Below, one piece after another: positions 16,555-27,373 of a DNA stretch of 64,000 nt. The DNA lies in contig CALRZN010000018.1 of NCBI GenBank assembly GCA_943372645.1, positions 27,771 to 91,770 of the forward strand, given 5' to 3'. Source of the DNA: Chitinophaga pinensis. GTDB taxonomy: Bacteria; Bacteroidota; Bacteroidia; Palsa-965. Numbering within the stretch: the first letter of the stretch is position 1; each line of letters starts with the position of its first letter. The notes under the pieces were generated by a model that saw only the letters and a program-made list of their open reading frames with translations, did not search any database and was not told the origin of the DNA. Made by a program: the position numbers and the translations under genes.

Positions 16555-18444
16555 ATGAAACACCTTTCAATCATTCTTGCGCTTTTTGCAGCCACGGCTG
16601 TTTCTGCGCAGGAGCAGTTGTATGACCTCACGTGCAACCCCGTACTTACCACGTATTACCACGATCATCCGGCCGTGCGCCGTCCCCATGCGCCTGCACC
16701 GGGCGATACGCTGCTGCTGCCCTTCCGTGATGATTTTTCATATACCGGTTTTATTCCCGATACCGCACGCTGGGACGATGCGTATGCCTGGGTGTATGTA
16801 AACCGCGGTTTTCCCATTGCCCCGCCCAATGCCGGTGTGGCCACGTTTGATGGTTTAAATGCGATCGGTTACCCGTATAATTTTACCGTAAGTGTCAGCA
16901 GCAGTGGCAAAGCGGATTACCTCACCAGCAAACCGTTTTACCTCAACAATTACCAGGCATCTGATTCTGTATTCCTCAGTTTTTATTACCAGCCCGAAGG
17001 CCGCGGCAATGCGCCCGAAGCGGTTGATTCGCTGATACTCGAATTTTATTCGCCGCTGTGGGGCAATATTGCAAGTGATACCGCCTGGCATTTGCGGTGG
17101 TATGCCGAAGGTTCCAATCCCGCAAGCAGCGACAGCACATTTTATCATGTGATGCTGCGCATGACCGATCCGGATTATTTCCAGGCCGGTTTCCGTTTCC
17201 GGTTCCGTAACAAGGCAACACTCAGCGGAAACCTCGATCACTGGCATGTGGATGAGGTGTACCTGAATGAAAACCGGAACATGAATGATGTAATTACCAA
17301 AGAAGTCCGGTTCACTTATCATCCGCAGTCCATGCTGAAAGAGTGGACCGCAATGCCTCACTGGCTTTACAAACCGACGAAGATGACGGATACGATTCAT
17401 AACTTCATCCGCAATAACGATACGCTTGATCATGCTGTTACAGCATACAGTTATGTGATGCGCGACCGCAACTGGGTTCCCATTGTTCCGTCAAACACCT
17501 ACAGCACCACCGCCGGTCCGCTGATGGATCCGTTTGATACCTCCGGTTATTACACCTACGCACCGATGGCTGATCCGCCGGTTGCAAACATCACCAACTT
17601 CGGGTTGTCGAGTTTTACTGACAGCACGTTTTGCACAGCCACGCATTACCTTACATCCGATATCCCGGGCCAAAGTGATTCGATTGTGTATCAGCAGAAT
17701 TTCTACGATTATTTTGCGTACGACGATGGCTCGGCCGAAGCCGGTTACGGGATAAACCAGCTGTTTGCCAAAGTGGCGCTGCAGTATGTACATCCTTCCG
17801 GCGAAAACGATTCGCTGAAAGCCTTCCAGATTTTTTTCAACCCGGTAGGAACAGATATTCATAATGATTCCATTACGCTGATGGTGTGGAATGACAACAA
17901 CGGGCAGCCGGGAACCATTATTTACCAGGAAGGATTGCTGAACCCGATTTACATGCAGCAGGGCTACAACCGCTTCGCCACGTATGTGCTGGCCAACCCG
18001 CTTAATATTTCAGGAACGTATTACATCGGCTGGCAGCAGACCACCGTTCGCCTGCTCAATGTGGGCCTCGATCTGAATACCGACCGTTCCGACAAACTGT
18101 TCTACAACTTCAACGGCACCTGGTACAACAGCGCTTATGAAGGCGCGCTGATGCTGCGCCCGGTGTTTGATGAACTGTATGGTGTTTCCGGTGTGCATGA
18201 GCATGCTGCAGCAGGGCAGTGGGCAGTGTATCCGAACCCGGCACAGTATGAACTGAACATCAGCGGAAAAGGAACCGTAAAACAGGCCACTATCTTCGAC
18301 ATCGCCGGACGTGAAGTGTTGCAGGTTAGTTCGCTCAACAACGGTACCATCAACATCAGCAGCCTGCAGGCCGGCAGTTATTTTATCCGCATTGCCGATA
18401 CAAACGGCCAGGTGGAAACCGTGCGGTTTGTGGTGGCGCGGTAA
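16555..18444 (+). CDS. T9SS type A sorting domain-containing protein of unknown function
   Basis: Signal peptide present. C-terminus WAVYPNPAQYELNI...ATIFDIAGREVLQ...LQAGSYFIRI...VRFVV is a Por_Secre_tail type domain. Confidence 0.85.
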   Translation: MKHLSIILALFAATAVSAQEQLYDLTCNPVLTTYYHDHPAVRRPHAPAPGDTLLLPFRDDFSYTGFIPDTARWDDAYAWVYVNRGFPIAPPNAGVATFDGLNAIGYPYNFTVSVSSSGKADYLTSKPFYLNNYQASDSVFLSFYYQPEGRGNAPEAVDSLILEFYSPLWGNIASDTAWHLRWYAEGSNPASSDSTFYHVMLRMTDPDYFQAGFRFRFRNKATLSGNLDHWHVDEVYLNENRNMNDVITKEVRFTYHPQSMLKEWTAMPHWLYKPTKMTDTIHNFIRNNDTLDHAVTAYSYVMRDRNWVPIVPSNTYSTTAGPLMDPFDTSGYYTYAPMADPPVANITNFGLSSFTDSTFCTATHYLTSDIPGQSDSIVYQQNFYDYFAYDDGSAEAGYGINQLFAKVALQYVHPSGENDSLKAFQIFFNPVGTDIHNDSITLMVWNDNNGQPGTIIYQEGLLNPIYMQQGYNRFATYVLANPLNISGTYYIGWQQTTVRLLNVGLDLNTDRSDKLFYNFNGTWYNSAYEGALMLRPVFDELYGVSGVHEHAAAGQWAVYPNPAQYELNISGKGTVKQATIFDIAGREVLQVSSLNNGTINISSLQAGSYFIRIADTNGQVETVRFVVAR

Positions 18445-18480
18445 ATACGGTCCGGCTGTTAACAGCATACACTTATTCAA

Positions 18481-20136
18481 TTATGCGGGCTGGATTTCCT
18501 CCGGCAGATATTCTTTTATGGCTAGTAGCAGCGCATTGTTGGAAGCGGAGAGTCCGCGGTTGAAATTAATCACGGTTGTCAGATCCATGCCTTCCAGCGG
18601 TGCCGTTTGTGCATCGGTGTAAAAATCACTTAAAGCACTTTCGTAATTGTGCTGAATTTCGGCCGATGCGGCAAGCAGTTTGTCTGCTCCTGCTGCCACG
18701 CCGGGTTGTTTAAGCAGTTTACTGATCTGCCCGTAAAACACTTCCGTTTGTTGCCTGCGCTCTTCAAACAATTCATACTTGATGTCTTTGGATGAATGCC
18801 GGAGATTCATAATATTATTTTGAATATCGTTCATCTGTTTCGCCGCGTGTATGCCGTTGCGTGCGGCTGCGGCCAGGCGCGTCAGTTCTTCGTATTCATC
18901 ACCGGTAAGGCGGTTACGCAGCGAAAGATAAAACAACTGGATCTCGCCCTGTAACTGTTTCAGGAATTCATATTGTTCGTCTGTTGTTTTCAGCATAAAT
19001 TTTTTGCGGACATTGATCGCTTCATAAGCCGGGTGCTCTTCCAGCGTATCGGTGGGAAGATGGAGCAGCCGCAGGTTAAAAACCATGGTGTTATGCAGAA
19101 ACCAGGCGGTTTCCATCCGGGTTAATTCCAGCGCAGTTTCCGGTTCTTTGATGATTGCATTGCCGATAAAAGCTGCAGCACCGGCATCCGTTTCACGGAA
19201 AAACAATTCGAGCAGCCGCACGAACAGATTGAGTAACGGCAGAAAGAGCAAAATGCTGGCGAGGTTTACAAACGATGAAAAAACAACCAGCCCGATGAGC
19301 GGATCAGTTATTCCGAAATTCACCGTTATGAGTTTCAGTATGGGCCGGAGAAAAATGAACGCAAGAACAGTGAGTACAATATTAAACAGGATGTTGCCCA
19401 GTACCACGCGCTTTTTTGCAGCAGTGCCGCCCACGGCGCTCAGCATAATTTTAATAGTGGTTCCCGTTTCGGAACCCAGCACAATGGCCACCGCAGCCGG
19501 AAACTCCAATGCACCGGTATGCAGTGCGGTAAGTGTAAGCGCCATTGTTACCGAACTCGATTGCACCAGCAATGTGATCACAAACCCGATGCCCAGAAAA
19601 ACAAGCAACGGCATGTGCGCGTAGGCTGAAAAATCAAACGTCTTCACCTGCGATTCCATGGCGGTTTTCATAAAAGAAAGCCCGATGAACAGCAACCCGA
19701 ATCCAAATAAAAAGTAGGAAACATAGGTTACATATTTGCGTTTGCCGAACAGGATGATGAGCATACCCGCAACGAAAACGGCCGGGTAAGCAATTACCTC
19801 GATGTTGGTTTTAAAACCGAGCGTAGCCACCATCCAGCTGTCGAGCGTTGTGCCGAGATTTGCGCCGAGTATAATGGCCAGTGCGTTTTTCATGGTAAAC
19901 ACCCCGGCCCCGACAAATGCAAGCACCATAAGTGAAACCATGGAACTGCTCTGCAGTACCCCGGTAACAAGAGCACCGCCGGCCACCGCACCCAGGTTGT
20001 TTTTAGTTACCCGCTGCAAAAACTGTTTGAATTTCCGTCCTGAAAGATTTTTCAGCGATTCTTCAAGCATGTACATCGCAAAAAGAAACAGGCCGATTCC
20101 TGCACACAATTTTAAAATCTGTAGAAATAGCTCCAT
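18481..20136 (-). CDS. Na/Pi cotransporter family protein
   Basis: Duplicated NaPi-II membrane repeats (GGALVTGVLQSSSMVSLMV; LLVQSSSVTMALT) plus a C-terminal PhoU-like helical region. Confidence 0.85.
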   Translation of the reverse strand: MELFLQILKLCAGIGLFLFAMYMLEESLKNLSGRKFKQFLQRVTKNNLGAVAGGALVTGVLQSSSMVSLMVLAFVGAGVFTMKNALAIILGANLGTTLDSWMVATLGFKTNIEVIAYPAVFVAGMLIILFGKRKYVTYVSYFLFGFGLLFIGLSFMKTAMESQVKTFDFSAYAHMPLLVFLGIGFVITLLVQSSSVTMALTLTALHTGALEFPAAVAIVLGSETGTTIKIMLSAVGGTAAKKRVVLGNILFNIVLTVLAFIFLRPILKLITVNFGITDPLIGLVVFSSFVNLASILLFLPLLNLFVRLLELFFRETDAGAAAFIGNAIIKEPETALELTRMETAWFLHNTMVFNLRLLHLPTDTLEEHPAYEAINVRKKFMLKTTDEQYEFLKQLQGEIQLFYLSLRNRLTGDEYEELTRLAAAARNGIHAAKQMNDIQNNIMNLRHSSKDIKYELFEERRQQTEVFYGQISKLLKQPGVAAGADKLLAASAEIQHNYESALSDFYTDAQTAPLEGMDLTTVINFNRGLSASNNALLLAIKEYLPEEIQPA

Positions 20137-20138
20137 CG

Positions 20139-21215
20139 TTATTTAAACCACCTCCTTATACGTCCATGAATTAACGGACGTTTCTTTGGAAGCACAAGTT
20201 CGCCAATTAAAAATCCATAAGGCTTAAGTGTATCCACATGATCGCAGATGATTTTTATCATAGCCGTTATGGGTATAGCCAGTATAATTCCCGGTATGCC
20301 CCAAACCAGGTCGCCAAGAATAAGGGCAATTACAGTAAACAGCGGATTGATTTTTACCTGGGGCCCCAGGATAAGCGGCTCAAGCACCCAACCCTGGAAA
20401 AACTGAACAGATCCGTAAACAATAACAATGCCGCCCAGCAAAGGAAGACTTGCGCCATGTATAGCCGCCACAAAAACGGTGAGTGCTGTACCGGTAATGT
20501 TACCTATAAACGGAACAATTTCAAGTAACCCGCAGAGGATCGCAAAAAAGATGAAATTTTTCACGCCGATGATTCCGAAACCAATGCCATACATAATCCA
20601 CAGGCACACAATTATTTTTGCAATACCAAGCAGGTATTGTTGTGCAACACGCGTTGTGCTGTTAATGATCTGTTCCATTTCCTTTTGCTGCGCAGATGGC
20701 GTAAGCTTGATGATGAATGCGCGGATATGTCCCCGGTAATAAAGCAACAGGAAAAAGTATGACATCACAAAAATGAAATTGATCGCAATGTATTTGAGCG
20801 ACATAAAAACAAAACCCATCATGCTGCTCAGCGAGGGTTTCTCTGTGTTGAGTATCTGGGTCTGTTTTTCTACCGCAATGCCCAGGTGATTAAATACATA
20901 CAGCTGGGCCTCTGTCCACTTTTCAACCACCGTTTGTTTGATCAGCGCAACGTCATTCAGCAATGCAGCAATCTGCCAGCCCAGCAACAGGCACATGGAT
21001 GCAACAAGCAGAAGCAGCAACAGCATGCTGCATAAAACCGCTATACTTTTCGGTACTTTACGCGCCTCCAGCCATTTGCAGAACGGCAGGAACAGCATGG
21101 CAATAATTCCGCCGATCGCAACCGGCATCAGGAATGCTTTTGCAAAATATAAACCGGAAACCACGAGGAAAAGCAGCAGCAGCTTTTTCAAAAGAACTGC
21201 CGTATCTGTTTTCAT
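20139..21215 (-). CDS. AI-2E family transporter (PerM-like permease)
   Basis: Polytopic membrane protein of ~358 aa. The C-terminal motif LLEIVPFIGNITG...FFQGWVLEPLILG...PLFTVIALILGDLVWGIPGIILAIP is typical of the family. Confidence 0.85.
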   Translation of the reverse strand: MKTDTAVLLKKLLLLFLVVSGLYFAKAFLMPVAIGGIIAMLFLPFCKWLEARKVPKSIAVLCSMLLLLLLVASMCLLLGWQIAALLNDVALIKQTVVEKWTEAQLYVFNHLGIAVEKQTQILNTEKPSLSSMMGFVFMSLKYIAINFIFVMSYFFLLLYYRGHIRAFIIKLTPSAQQKEMEQIINSTTRVAQQYLLGIAKIIVCLWIMYGIGFGIIGVKNFIFFAILCGLLEIVPFIGNITGTALTVFVAAIHGASLPLLGGIVIVYGSVQFFQGWVLEPLILGPQVKINPLFTVIALILGDLVWGIPGIILAIPITAMIKIICDHVDTLKPYGFLIGELVLPKKRPLIHGRIRRWFK

Positions 21216-21365
21216 TTTTGCGCGCTTTTTTATACCTGTGAGTGAAAAGGTAAAAGTGCGCCGGGGCGGCAGCTTTTGTGTTACAGCACAACGTGTATTT
21301 GTTACATAATTTACATGTTACAGCGGAACCACGGGGCGCACACCATAAAATGATGCTGGTTCTGA

Positions 21366-21767
21366 TTACCCGAAAAAGCCAAGGTTGATATTTTCGTCCC
21401 TTATTTTTTCCATGTTTGAATGCACAAGCGCAGCGACCTGTGACTGCAGCTCAGGGCGTGCTGCCCAGAAATTTTGGTTGGCTTTCAAAACAGCTTCGAG
21501 CAGATCGCCGGGATAAAAAGCGCCTTCCGTCAGTACATCCGCGGATAATACTTCAATGGCAAGTGGAATTAAAAATTGCAGGCCGATTTGTTGCCCGATT
21601 AAGGTACGCAGTTGTTCCGGCGTAAGCTGACCTACCTGGATTTTGCGGTATTCGTGGCATCGTTTTACAAGTCCGGAGACGTATTCCTTTTCATCCGGCC
21701 AGAAGCTGTTTTCCAGCACGGCAAGCGATTGCTGTTTCCAGCTGTCAGCTGATTTATCCTTTTTCAT
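21366..21767 (-). CDS. Putative contact-dependent growth inhibition (CDI-type) immunity protein, orphan
   Basis: LTPEQLRTLIGQQIGLQFLIPLAIEVLSADVLTEGAFYPGDLLEAVL...NFW resembles, from memory, the NCBI 'CDI system immunity protein' family. I set the start at ATG 21767 because the upstream ORF extension overlaps the dnaK terminator. Confidence 0.5.
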   Translation of the reverse strand: MKKDKSADSWKQQSLAVLENSFWPDEKEYVSGLVKRCHEYRKIQVGQLTPEQLRTLIGQQIGLQFLIPLAIEVLSADVLTEGAFYPGDLLEAVLKANQNFWAARPELQSQVAALVHSNMEKIRDENINLGFFG

Positions 21768-21775
21768 TGCTCCGC

Positions 21776-21834
21776 AAAAAAAAAACACCCGTCTCTGCAG
21801 CGGCTTTATCGTTAGGCCGGGCGAGACGGGTGTT
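21776..21834 (-). terminator. Rho-independent terminator of dnaK
   Basis: The 12-bp stem aacacccgtctc (21784-21795) pairs with gagacgggtgtt (21823-21834). On the minus strand it is followed by a T10 run (A-run 21776-21785 on the plus strand). Confidence 0.7.
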
Positions 21835-21881
21835 GTTTAGTTTAAACCTAATACAAACTCCAGGGCTTTTATAAAGACCCG

Positions 21882-23786
21882 TTATTTGTTATCCTTCACT
21901 TCTTCAAAGTCAACGTCTGTAACTTCACCGTCTTTTGCATTCGCATTGTTTGCGTTTGCATTCGGATCGGCGTTGGTACCGCCCTGCTGCTGCATGGCTT
22001 CGTACATGCCCTGGAGCGTTTGCTGCAGTGCTGCTGTAGCGGAATCAATTGCAGCGAAATCTTTTGAAGCATGCGCGGTACGTAAAGTGGTAAGCGCATT
22101 TTCAATGTCTGCTTTTTTATCAGCCGGCAGTTTGTCACCGTGTTCGCTGAGTTGCTTTTCGGTCTGGAAAATCAGCGAATCGGCCTGGTTCAGTTTGTCC
22201 ACTTCTTCGCGGGCTTTTTTGTCGGCATCGGCGTTCATTTCCGCTTCTTTTTTCATGCGGTCAATTTCTTCCTTGCTGAGTCCCGAGCTGGCTTCGATGC
22301 GGATGTTCTGCTGTTTGCCGGTGTTTTTATCTTTCGCTGACACGTTCATGATACCGTTCGCGTCAATGTCGAAGGTTACTTCAATCTGCGGAGTTCCGCG
22401 TGGTGCCGAAGGAATTCCGTCGAGCACAAAGCGGCCGATGGAACGGTTCTGCGCAGCCATCGGGCGTTCGCCCTGCAGGATGTGAATTTCTACCGAAGGC
22501 TGGTTATCCGAAGCGGTAGAGAACGTTTCCGATTTTTTCGAAGGAATGGTTGTGTTCGCTTCAATCAGTTTGGTCATTACTCCGCCGTAGGTTTCAATAC
22601 CCAGCGACAGCGGTGTTACGTCAAGCAGCAGCACGTCTTTCACTTCGCCGGTGAGTACACCGCCCTGGATGGCTGCACCGATGGCAACTACTTCGTCCGG
22701 GTTCACACCTTTCGAAGGCGCTTTGCCGAAGAACTTGGTAACTGCTTCCTGGATAGCCGGGATGCGGGTGGAACCACCTACAAGAATTACTTCATTGATA
22801 TCGTTTACGCTCAGTCCGGCGTTGCTCAGTGCGCTCTTGCACGGCTCAATGGTACGGCGGATCAGATCGTCAACAAGCTGTTCAAACTTGGCGCGTGTAA
22901 GTGTGCGTACCAGGTGTTTCGGAATACCGTCAACCGGCATGATGTACGGCAGGTTGATTTCGGTGCTTGCCGAGCTCGATAATTCGATCTTCGCTTTTTC
23001 AGCACCTTCTTTCAGGCGCTGCAGTGCCATCGGATCTTTGGTGAGGTCGAGGTGGTTGCCGTTTTCTGCTTTGAATTCAGCCACCAGCCAGTCGATGATC
23101 TTCTGGTCGAAGTCATCACCACCGAGGTGTGTATCACCGTCAGTTGATTTTACTTCAAACACGCCATCACCAAGTTCGAGTACCGATACGTCGTGTGTAC
23201 CACCACCGCAGTCGAATACCACGATTTTCATCTCCTGGTTCTTCTTGTCGAGGCCGTAAGCCAGTGCGGCTGCAGTCGGTTCGTTGATGATGCGTTTTAC
23301 TTTCAGGCCCGCAATTTCACCGGCTTCTTTTGTAGCCTGACGCTGCGAGTCGTTGAAGTAAGCCGGAACGGTAATTACCGCGTCGGTAACTTCATGGCCG
23401 AGGTAATCTTCGGCAGTTTTCTTCATTTTCTGAAGAATGATGGCCGAAATTTCCTGCGGAGTGTATTTGCGGTCGTCAATAACAACGCGCGGTGTATTGT
23501 TTTCGCCTTTGGCCACCTCGTAAGGTACCCGGCTGATTTCTGTTGCTACTTCGCTGTACGTTTGCCCCATAAAACGTTTGATGGAGTAAACGGTTTTTCT
23601 TGGATTGGTGATGGCCTGGCGTTTGGCCGGATCACCCACTTTGCGTTCCCCGTTTTCTACGAATGCTACAATCGACGGTGTGGTGCGGCGACCTTCGTTG
23701 TTGGGGATAACAACCGGTTCATTGCCCTCCATCACGGCTACGCACGAGTTGGTGGTACCCAGGTCGATTCCTATAATCTTTCCCAT
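21882..23786 (-). CDS. dnaK: molecular chaperone DnaK (Hsp70)
   Basis: Starts [18 protein letters not shown] and carries DLGGGTFD-like [14 protein letters not shown], among other motifs. Full-length Hsp70 of 634 aa. Confidence 0.98.
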   Translation of the reverse strand: MGKIIGIDLGTTNSCVAVMEGNEPVVIPNNEGRRTTPSIVAFVENGERKVGDPAKRQAITNPRKTVYSIKRFMGQTYSEVATEISRVPYEVAKGENNTPRVVIDDRKYTPQEISAIILQKMKKTAEDYLGHEVTDAVITVPAYFNDSQRQATKEAGEIAGLKVKRIINEPTAAALAYGLDKKNQEMKIVVFDCGGGTHDVSVLELGDGVFEVKSTDGDTHLGGDDFDQKIIDWLVAEFKAENGNHLDLTKDPMALQRLKEGAEKAKIELSSSASTEINLPYIMPVDGIPKHLVRTLTRAKFEQLVDDLIRRTIEPCKSALSNAGLSVNDINEVILVGGSTRIPAIQEAVTKFFGKAPSKGVNPDEVVAIGAAIQGGVLTGEVKDVLLLDVTPLSLGIETYGGVMTKLIEANTTIPSKKSETFSTASDNQPSVEIHILQGERPMAAQNRSIGRFVLDGIPSAPRGTPQIEVTFDIDANGIMNVSAKDKNTGKQQNIRIEASSGLSKEEIDRMKKEAEMNADADKKAREEVDKLNQADSLIFQTEKQLSEHGDKLPADKKADIENALTTLRTAHASKDFAAIDSATAALQQTLQGMYEAMQQQGGTNADPNANANNANAKDGEVTDVDFEEVKDNK

Positions 23787-23943
23787 AATAAATGTTTTAT
23801 GTTTTTAAATTGATTTGCGCCTGAATATGTCAATCCCTATGCCAGCGCCTGTTACGGGTACATATTGTCAGTTTTCCGGCCTTCCGCTTTCTGTTATTAC
23901 TAATACTACAAAACTGAACTGACAGAACGGCAGTTTTTGACAT

Positions 23944-23970
23944 AAAAAAGGCTTCCCGCGGTGGGAAGCC
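23944..23970 (-). terminator. Rho-independent terminator downstream of the 346-aa lipoprotein gene
   Basis: Stem ggcttccc (23950-23957) pairs with gggaagcc (23963-23970). On the minus strand it is followed by a T6 run (A-run 23944-23949). Confidence 0.6.
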
Positions 23971-23996
23971 TGTCTGTTTTGTGTGTCGTAAAAGCC

Positions 23997-25037
23997 TTAC
24001 TGGCAGAAGCCGATATTGCCGTTCCGGTCTTTGAATTTCAGGGCGCAGGTGTTGTTACTCCACGCAAGTGTATCAAAGGTGTTCGGGCTGAGGCTGTAGT
24101 TGCCGCGGATAACACGGTAACGGGCCGAAAACAGGCCTACACCGGGCTGGTCGCCGTCAACAATGTTGGTGAAAATGGGGCGCTCCTGCACAATGGATGT
24201 GGAAGGCGCATTAACGTCCATGTAAGTGCTCAGGTCATCACCGCCGGCATACACTACAAAGTCGGCATGATCGGCCTCGCGCGAAACCACGTTCGGATCT
24301 ACGGCCATGTTGTTTTTCAGGAAGCGGTAAAAGTCGGTCGGATCAATAGATACTTCCAGGTCATCGCTGCCATCGGTATGTGCTGATTTTACAGTGCCGA
24401 GCGGCCATTCCACCATACGTACAACGGTTACGTTGTTCACGTCGGTTTCCTTGTAATAAAAACGCATGGCAGGCTGGTAAATTCTGCCGTAAACGGCACC
24501 GTTCCAGGCGATGGTAATTTTATACGTCGGGTTGATCTTCGTAATGTTTACCGCTGAGCCGGGAGGCGACGAAATGTTGAAGTTGCCTACGAGCGGTGTT
24601 TCGGATGTAACCACGTTGCCGGTCTGGCTGTTGGTTACAATCAGTTTGTAGGTGCGGTTCGCATTCAGCGCCGATGATGTAGAATACAGCACCATGTTGG
24701 GGGCTGCAAATACACCGGTTTCCTTGTTACCAATGGTATCGGGCTGTAGGCTGAATGTATTGGTCAGTGTTGAACCATTATACTCCTGCAGCACCACGTT
24801 CAGTTGGTTGATGTAGTTGATGGAATCGTACACCTGTGCCATCTGCAGTGCATTGCCTTCACCAAGAAATGCTTTCTGGATACGGATATACTGTTTGGGC
24901 TGAGACTGATCGAGCAGGCCATAAACAACAGTGGTTTCTTTCCAGTCATCAAGCAGATCAATGTCTGTTTTGCAGGTACTGAAAAGAAGGACGGCGCCGG
25001 TTGCTGCGAGTAAAAGTGTTTTTTTCATGCGGTTCAT
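23997..25037 (-). CDS. hypothetical lipoprotein (possibly DUF4249-like)
   Basis: Lipoprotein signal MKKTLLLAATGAVLLFSTC. The family call is only an impression. An alternative ATG lies at 25028. Confidence 0.6.
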   Translation of the reverse strand: MNRMKKTLLLAATGAVLLFSTCKTDIDLLDDWKETTVVYGLLDQSQPKQYIRIQKAFLGEGNALQMAQVYDSINYINQLNVVLQEYNGSTLTNTFSLQPDTIGNKETGVFAAPNMVLYSTSSALNANRTYKLIVTNSQTGNVVTSETPLVGNFNISSPPGSAVNITKINPTYKITIAWNGAVYGRIYQPAMRFYYKETDVNNVTVVRMVEWPLGTVKSAHTDGSDDLEVSIDPTDFYRFLKNNMAVDPNVVSREADHADFVVYAGGDDLSTYMDVNAPSTSIVQERPIFTNIVDGDQPGVGLFSARYRVIRGNYSLSPNTFDTLAWSNNTCALKFKDRNGNIGFCQ

Positions 25038-25152
25038 CGGAACACTAAAAAACGGTTCATTGATGTGGAGGCGAAAATACAGAAATAAATTGAGAACCGC
25101 GACCGGTAAAAGGGCTTATAAAGTGCATCGTGCAGAAAAACTTTGTAAGTGG

Positions 25153-25992
25153 TCAGATTTTGGCCATCACGTACATTTCTCCTTCTGGAGCAACTACGCC
25201 GCCGGCCTTTTCGAGGGTTACGGCAAAGGCTTCGGCTTTTGGAATAACCTGCAGCATCTGCAGTTCAGCACCACTGCCCGAATCGAACACCCCGGCACTT
25301 ACCGGTTTGCCGCCCACAATGGCCCACAGCTGGTACTGTTTGCCTTCGGGAACAGCGGGTAAGTTCATCGGGTCAATACAAACCACGTGTGTATCGCTGC
25401 ACCAGTACACCTGTGCATTGGTGGTTGCGGGAAGGTCATTTTTAACCGGCTTCATGGTAATGGTAGCCGGGTTGTGCAGCGAAGCCAGTTTATCTAATGC
25501 ATTGCGTTGTGCGGCAATGCGTGCATCCATTTCGGTTTGTGCCCGGTTGTTTATTTCGGCAATTACCCGTTTTGTTGAATCGCGTTCACGGTCGAGTTTA
25601 TCGCGGGTAGCGGCCAGTTCGCTGCTGTTGCCGGAATTACGCATCAACAGAAACACATTAAATGCGGCGCTGATGATAAAGAGCAGGAGGGAGGCCGCCA
25701 TGGCATAACGCGAAGCCGGCCGGGCCGGGCCGCCTGGTGTTGCGGGCTGTATGGGAATAACCGGTGTTTCTTTTTCAACGGCGGCGGCAATGCGGGTAAA
25801 CATGGCTGCCGGCGGTTCTTTGGCAAACGCGGCCACATAGCCTTCCACATCACCCTGGCATTGTTCCAGGGCCGCTTTCACTTCGGGATGCGTTTTCGCC
25901 AGCTGTTCTACCAGCGCCTGCTCTTCGGGAGTAGCTGCGCCGAGTACATACATCTCCAGGATGCCTGACGAAATAAGTTCCTGTGCGTTCAC
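25153..25992 (-). CDS. anti-sigma factor (RskA-type C-terminal domain)
   Basis: N-terminal zinc-finger-less anti-sigma helix (ELISSGILEMYVLGAATPEE), a central TM segment and C-terminal QYQLWAIVGGKPVSAGVF...AFAVTLEKAGG. The GTG start overlaps the sigma stop (GTGA). Confidence 0.8.
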   Translation of the reverse strand: MNAQELISSGILEMYVLGAATPEEQALVEQLAKTHPEVKAALEQCQGDVEGYVAAFAKEPPAAMFTRIAAAVEKETPVIPIQPATPGGPARPASRYAMAASLLLFIISAAFNVFLLMRNSGNSSELAATRDKLDRERDSTKRVIAEINNRAQTEMDARIAAQRNALDKLASLHNPATITMKPVKNDLPATTNAQVYWCSDTHVVCIDPMNLPAVPEGKQYQLWAIVGGKPVSAGVFDSGSGAELQMLQVIPKAEAFAVTLEKAGGVVAPEGEMYVMAKI

Positions 25993-26543
25993 GGTTCAAG
26001 TTTTACGCCTGCCAGTTCACGCAACTGCTGAATGGCAATTTTTACTCTCGTTTTTACTGTTCCAAGCGGAATTCCCAGTTCTTTTGCAGCTTCTGTCTGT
26101 GTATAGCCGCCAAAATAGAGCAGTTCGATGAGGGTCCGGTGTTCCGGCTTGAGCTGTTCTGTGAATTTTTTAATACCGATCTGATCCACAGCAATGGTGC
26201 TGTTATTCTGGCGGTCAATGCTATATACGGAGTCTTCGATGCGCTGGACTTTACCGGCATCTTTAAAATCTTTCGAACGGGTTTTGTCAATGGCCTGGTT
26301 GCGTGCCACGTTCAGCAGCCATGTAAAGAGGCGGCCTTTCGACGTATCGTAGTTATCGATGTTGTTCCAGATTTTTACGAAAGCTTCCTGGAGCACATCT
26401 TCAGCCGTTTCGTTATCGGTAATAATGCGGCTGATAACCCCGAACAGGGCTGCGGAATAGTTGTCGTACAAAATACGAAGCCCGCGCTGGCTGCGCGCCC
26501 GCAGCAAAGCAATAAGTTCCTGTTCTTCTATTTTGGTTTTCAT
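25989..26543 (-). CDS. ECF (sigma-70 family) RNA polymerase sigma factor
   Basis: Region 2 (AEDVLQEAFVKIWNNIDNYD, LFTWLLNVARNQAIDKTR) and region 4 (LLYFGGYTQTEAAKELGIPLGTVKTR). ATG at 26543 is preferred over the longer ORF. Confidence 0.9.
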   Translation of the reverse strand: MKTKIEEQELIALLRARSQRGLRILYDNYSAALFGVISRIITDNETAEDVLQEAFVKIWNNIDNYDTSKGRLFTWLLNVARNQAIDKTRSKDFKDAGKVQRIEDSVYSIDRQNNSTIAVDQIGIKKFTEQLKPEHRTLIELLYFGGYTQTEAAKELGIPLGTVKTRVKIAIQQLRELAGVKLEP

Positions 26544-26650
26544 CGGCAACTGCGGATTCCGCGATGCTAAGATAGCGGGTTTATCCGATAAAAAAAGAGG
26601 TGTATTTGTTAACCCTTTTTCAAGAAAATCATATTTACAGAGAAGTCTGT

Positions 26651-27373
26651 TTAATCTTTTACACAACGAATGGAATAACCAAACTGTTTGGTTGCACCGT
26701 TTGCAAACGAATCGTCAAAACCGTTATCCAGTTTCAGGTAATCGCCCTGCGTGCTGTTACGCTCACTCGAAGCCCACCAGAAACCTGTATTCCCAAGCGT
26801 ACTGTAGCCTCCCGTTGTGCTGCGGTAACCACCGGGAAGGCCGTTGAAGCCGGAACTGTTTGTAGCTCCCACATTCGGCGCAATCCATACTGTCGAAATA
26901 GATTTCAATTTTCCACCGGCAACCGATGAACCGCCTAACGATTCAACCAACGCACTCCATTCACTGCGGGAAGGGATATGCCAGCCTTTCGGAGCCAGTT
27001 TGCCCGTATTCACCGCATACCAGTTGTATAACTTGCCATACGTTGTATTGTTTGCAGCTTCGCCGTTGTAGATGGCATAAGCACCGGTTGTTGCAGCCGT
27101 CCAGCTTTTGGCATCCAGGTTGGTATTGATCGGGGTGCCATCGTTGTACCGCGTTGTGCGCAGGTTTTCAACCATCCACGTCTTTCCGCCGATTGTTATC
27201 GTCTTATACGAATTGCCGTCAACATCTGTAACCGAATTTACGTCCGCCTGCGGAGCCGGTGCCGTTTTCGTTTCTACCTGCGGCTGCATCGCAATCGTTT
27301 TGGTTTTGCAGGCAGGAACAGCGATTGAAACAGCAAGGATAAAACTACATACAACCGGAAATGTGTTTTTCAT
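26651..27373 (-). CDS. FISUMP (Fibrobacter succinogenes major paralogous) domain lipoprotein
   Basis: GKTWMVENLRTTRYNDGTPI, YGKLYNWYAV, APKGWHIPSRSEW, LPGGYR, GFWWASSE. Lipoprotein signal ...AVPAC. Confidence 0.85.
   Translation of the reverse strand: MKNTFPVVCSFILAVSIAVPACKTKTIAMQPQVETKTAPAPQADVNSVTDVDGNSYKTITIGGKTWMVENLRTTRYNDGTPINTNLDAKSWTAATTGAYAIYNGEAANNTTYGKLYNWYAVNTGKLAPKGWHIPSRSEWSALVESLGGSSVAGGKLKSISTVWIAPNVGATNSSGFNGLPGGYRSTTGGYSTLGNTGFWWASSERNSTQGDYLKLDNGFDDSFANGATKQFGYSIRCVKD

Noticed and set aside
23787-23943. dnaK upstream region searched for a heat-shock or TAnnTTTG promoter. The minus strand has TTGACA-N17-ATTTAA.
   Set aside because: The match is to the E. coli-type consensus rather than the Bacteroidota -33/-7 consensus, and the -10-like hexamer is weak. 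I cannot support a call.
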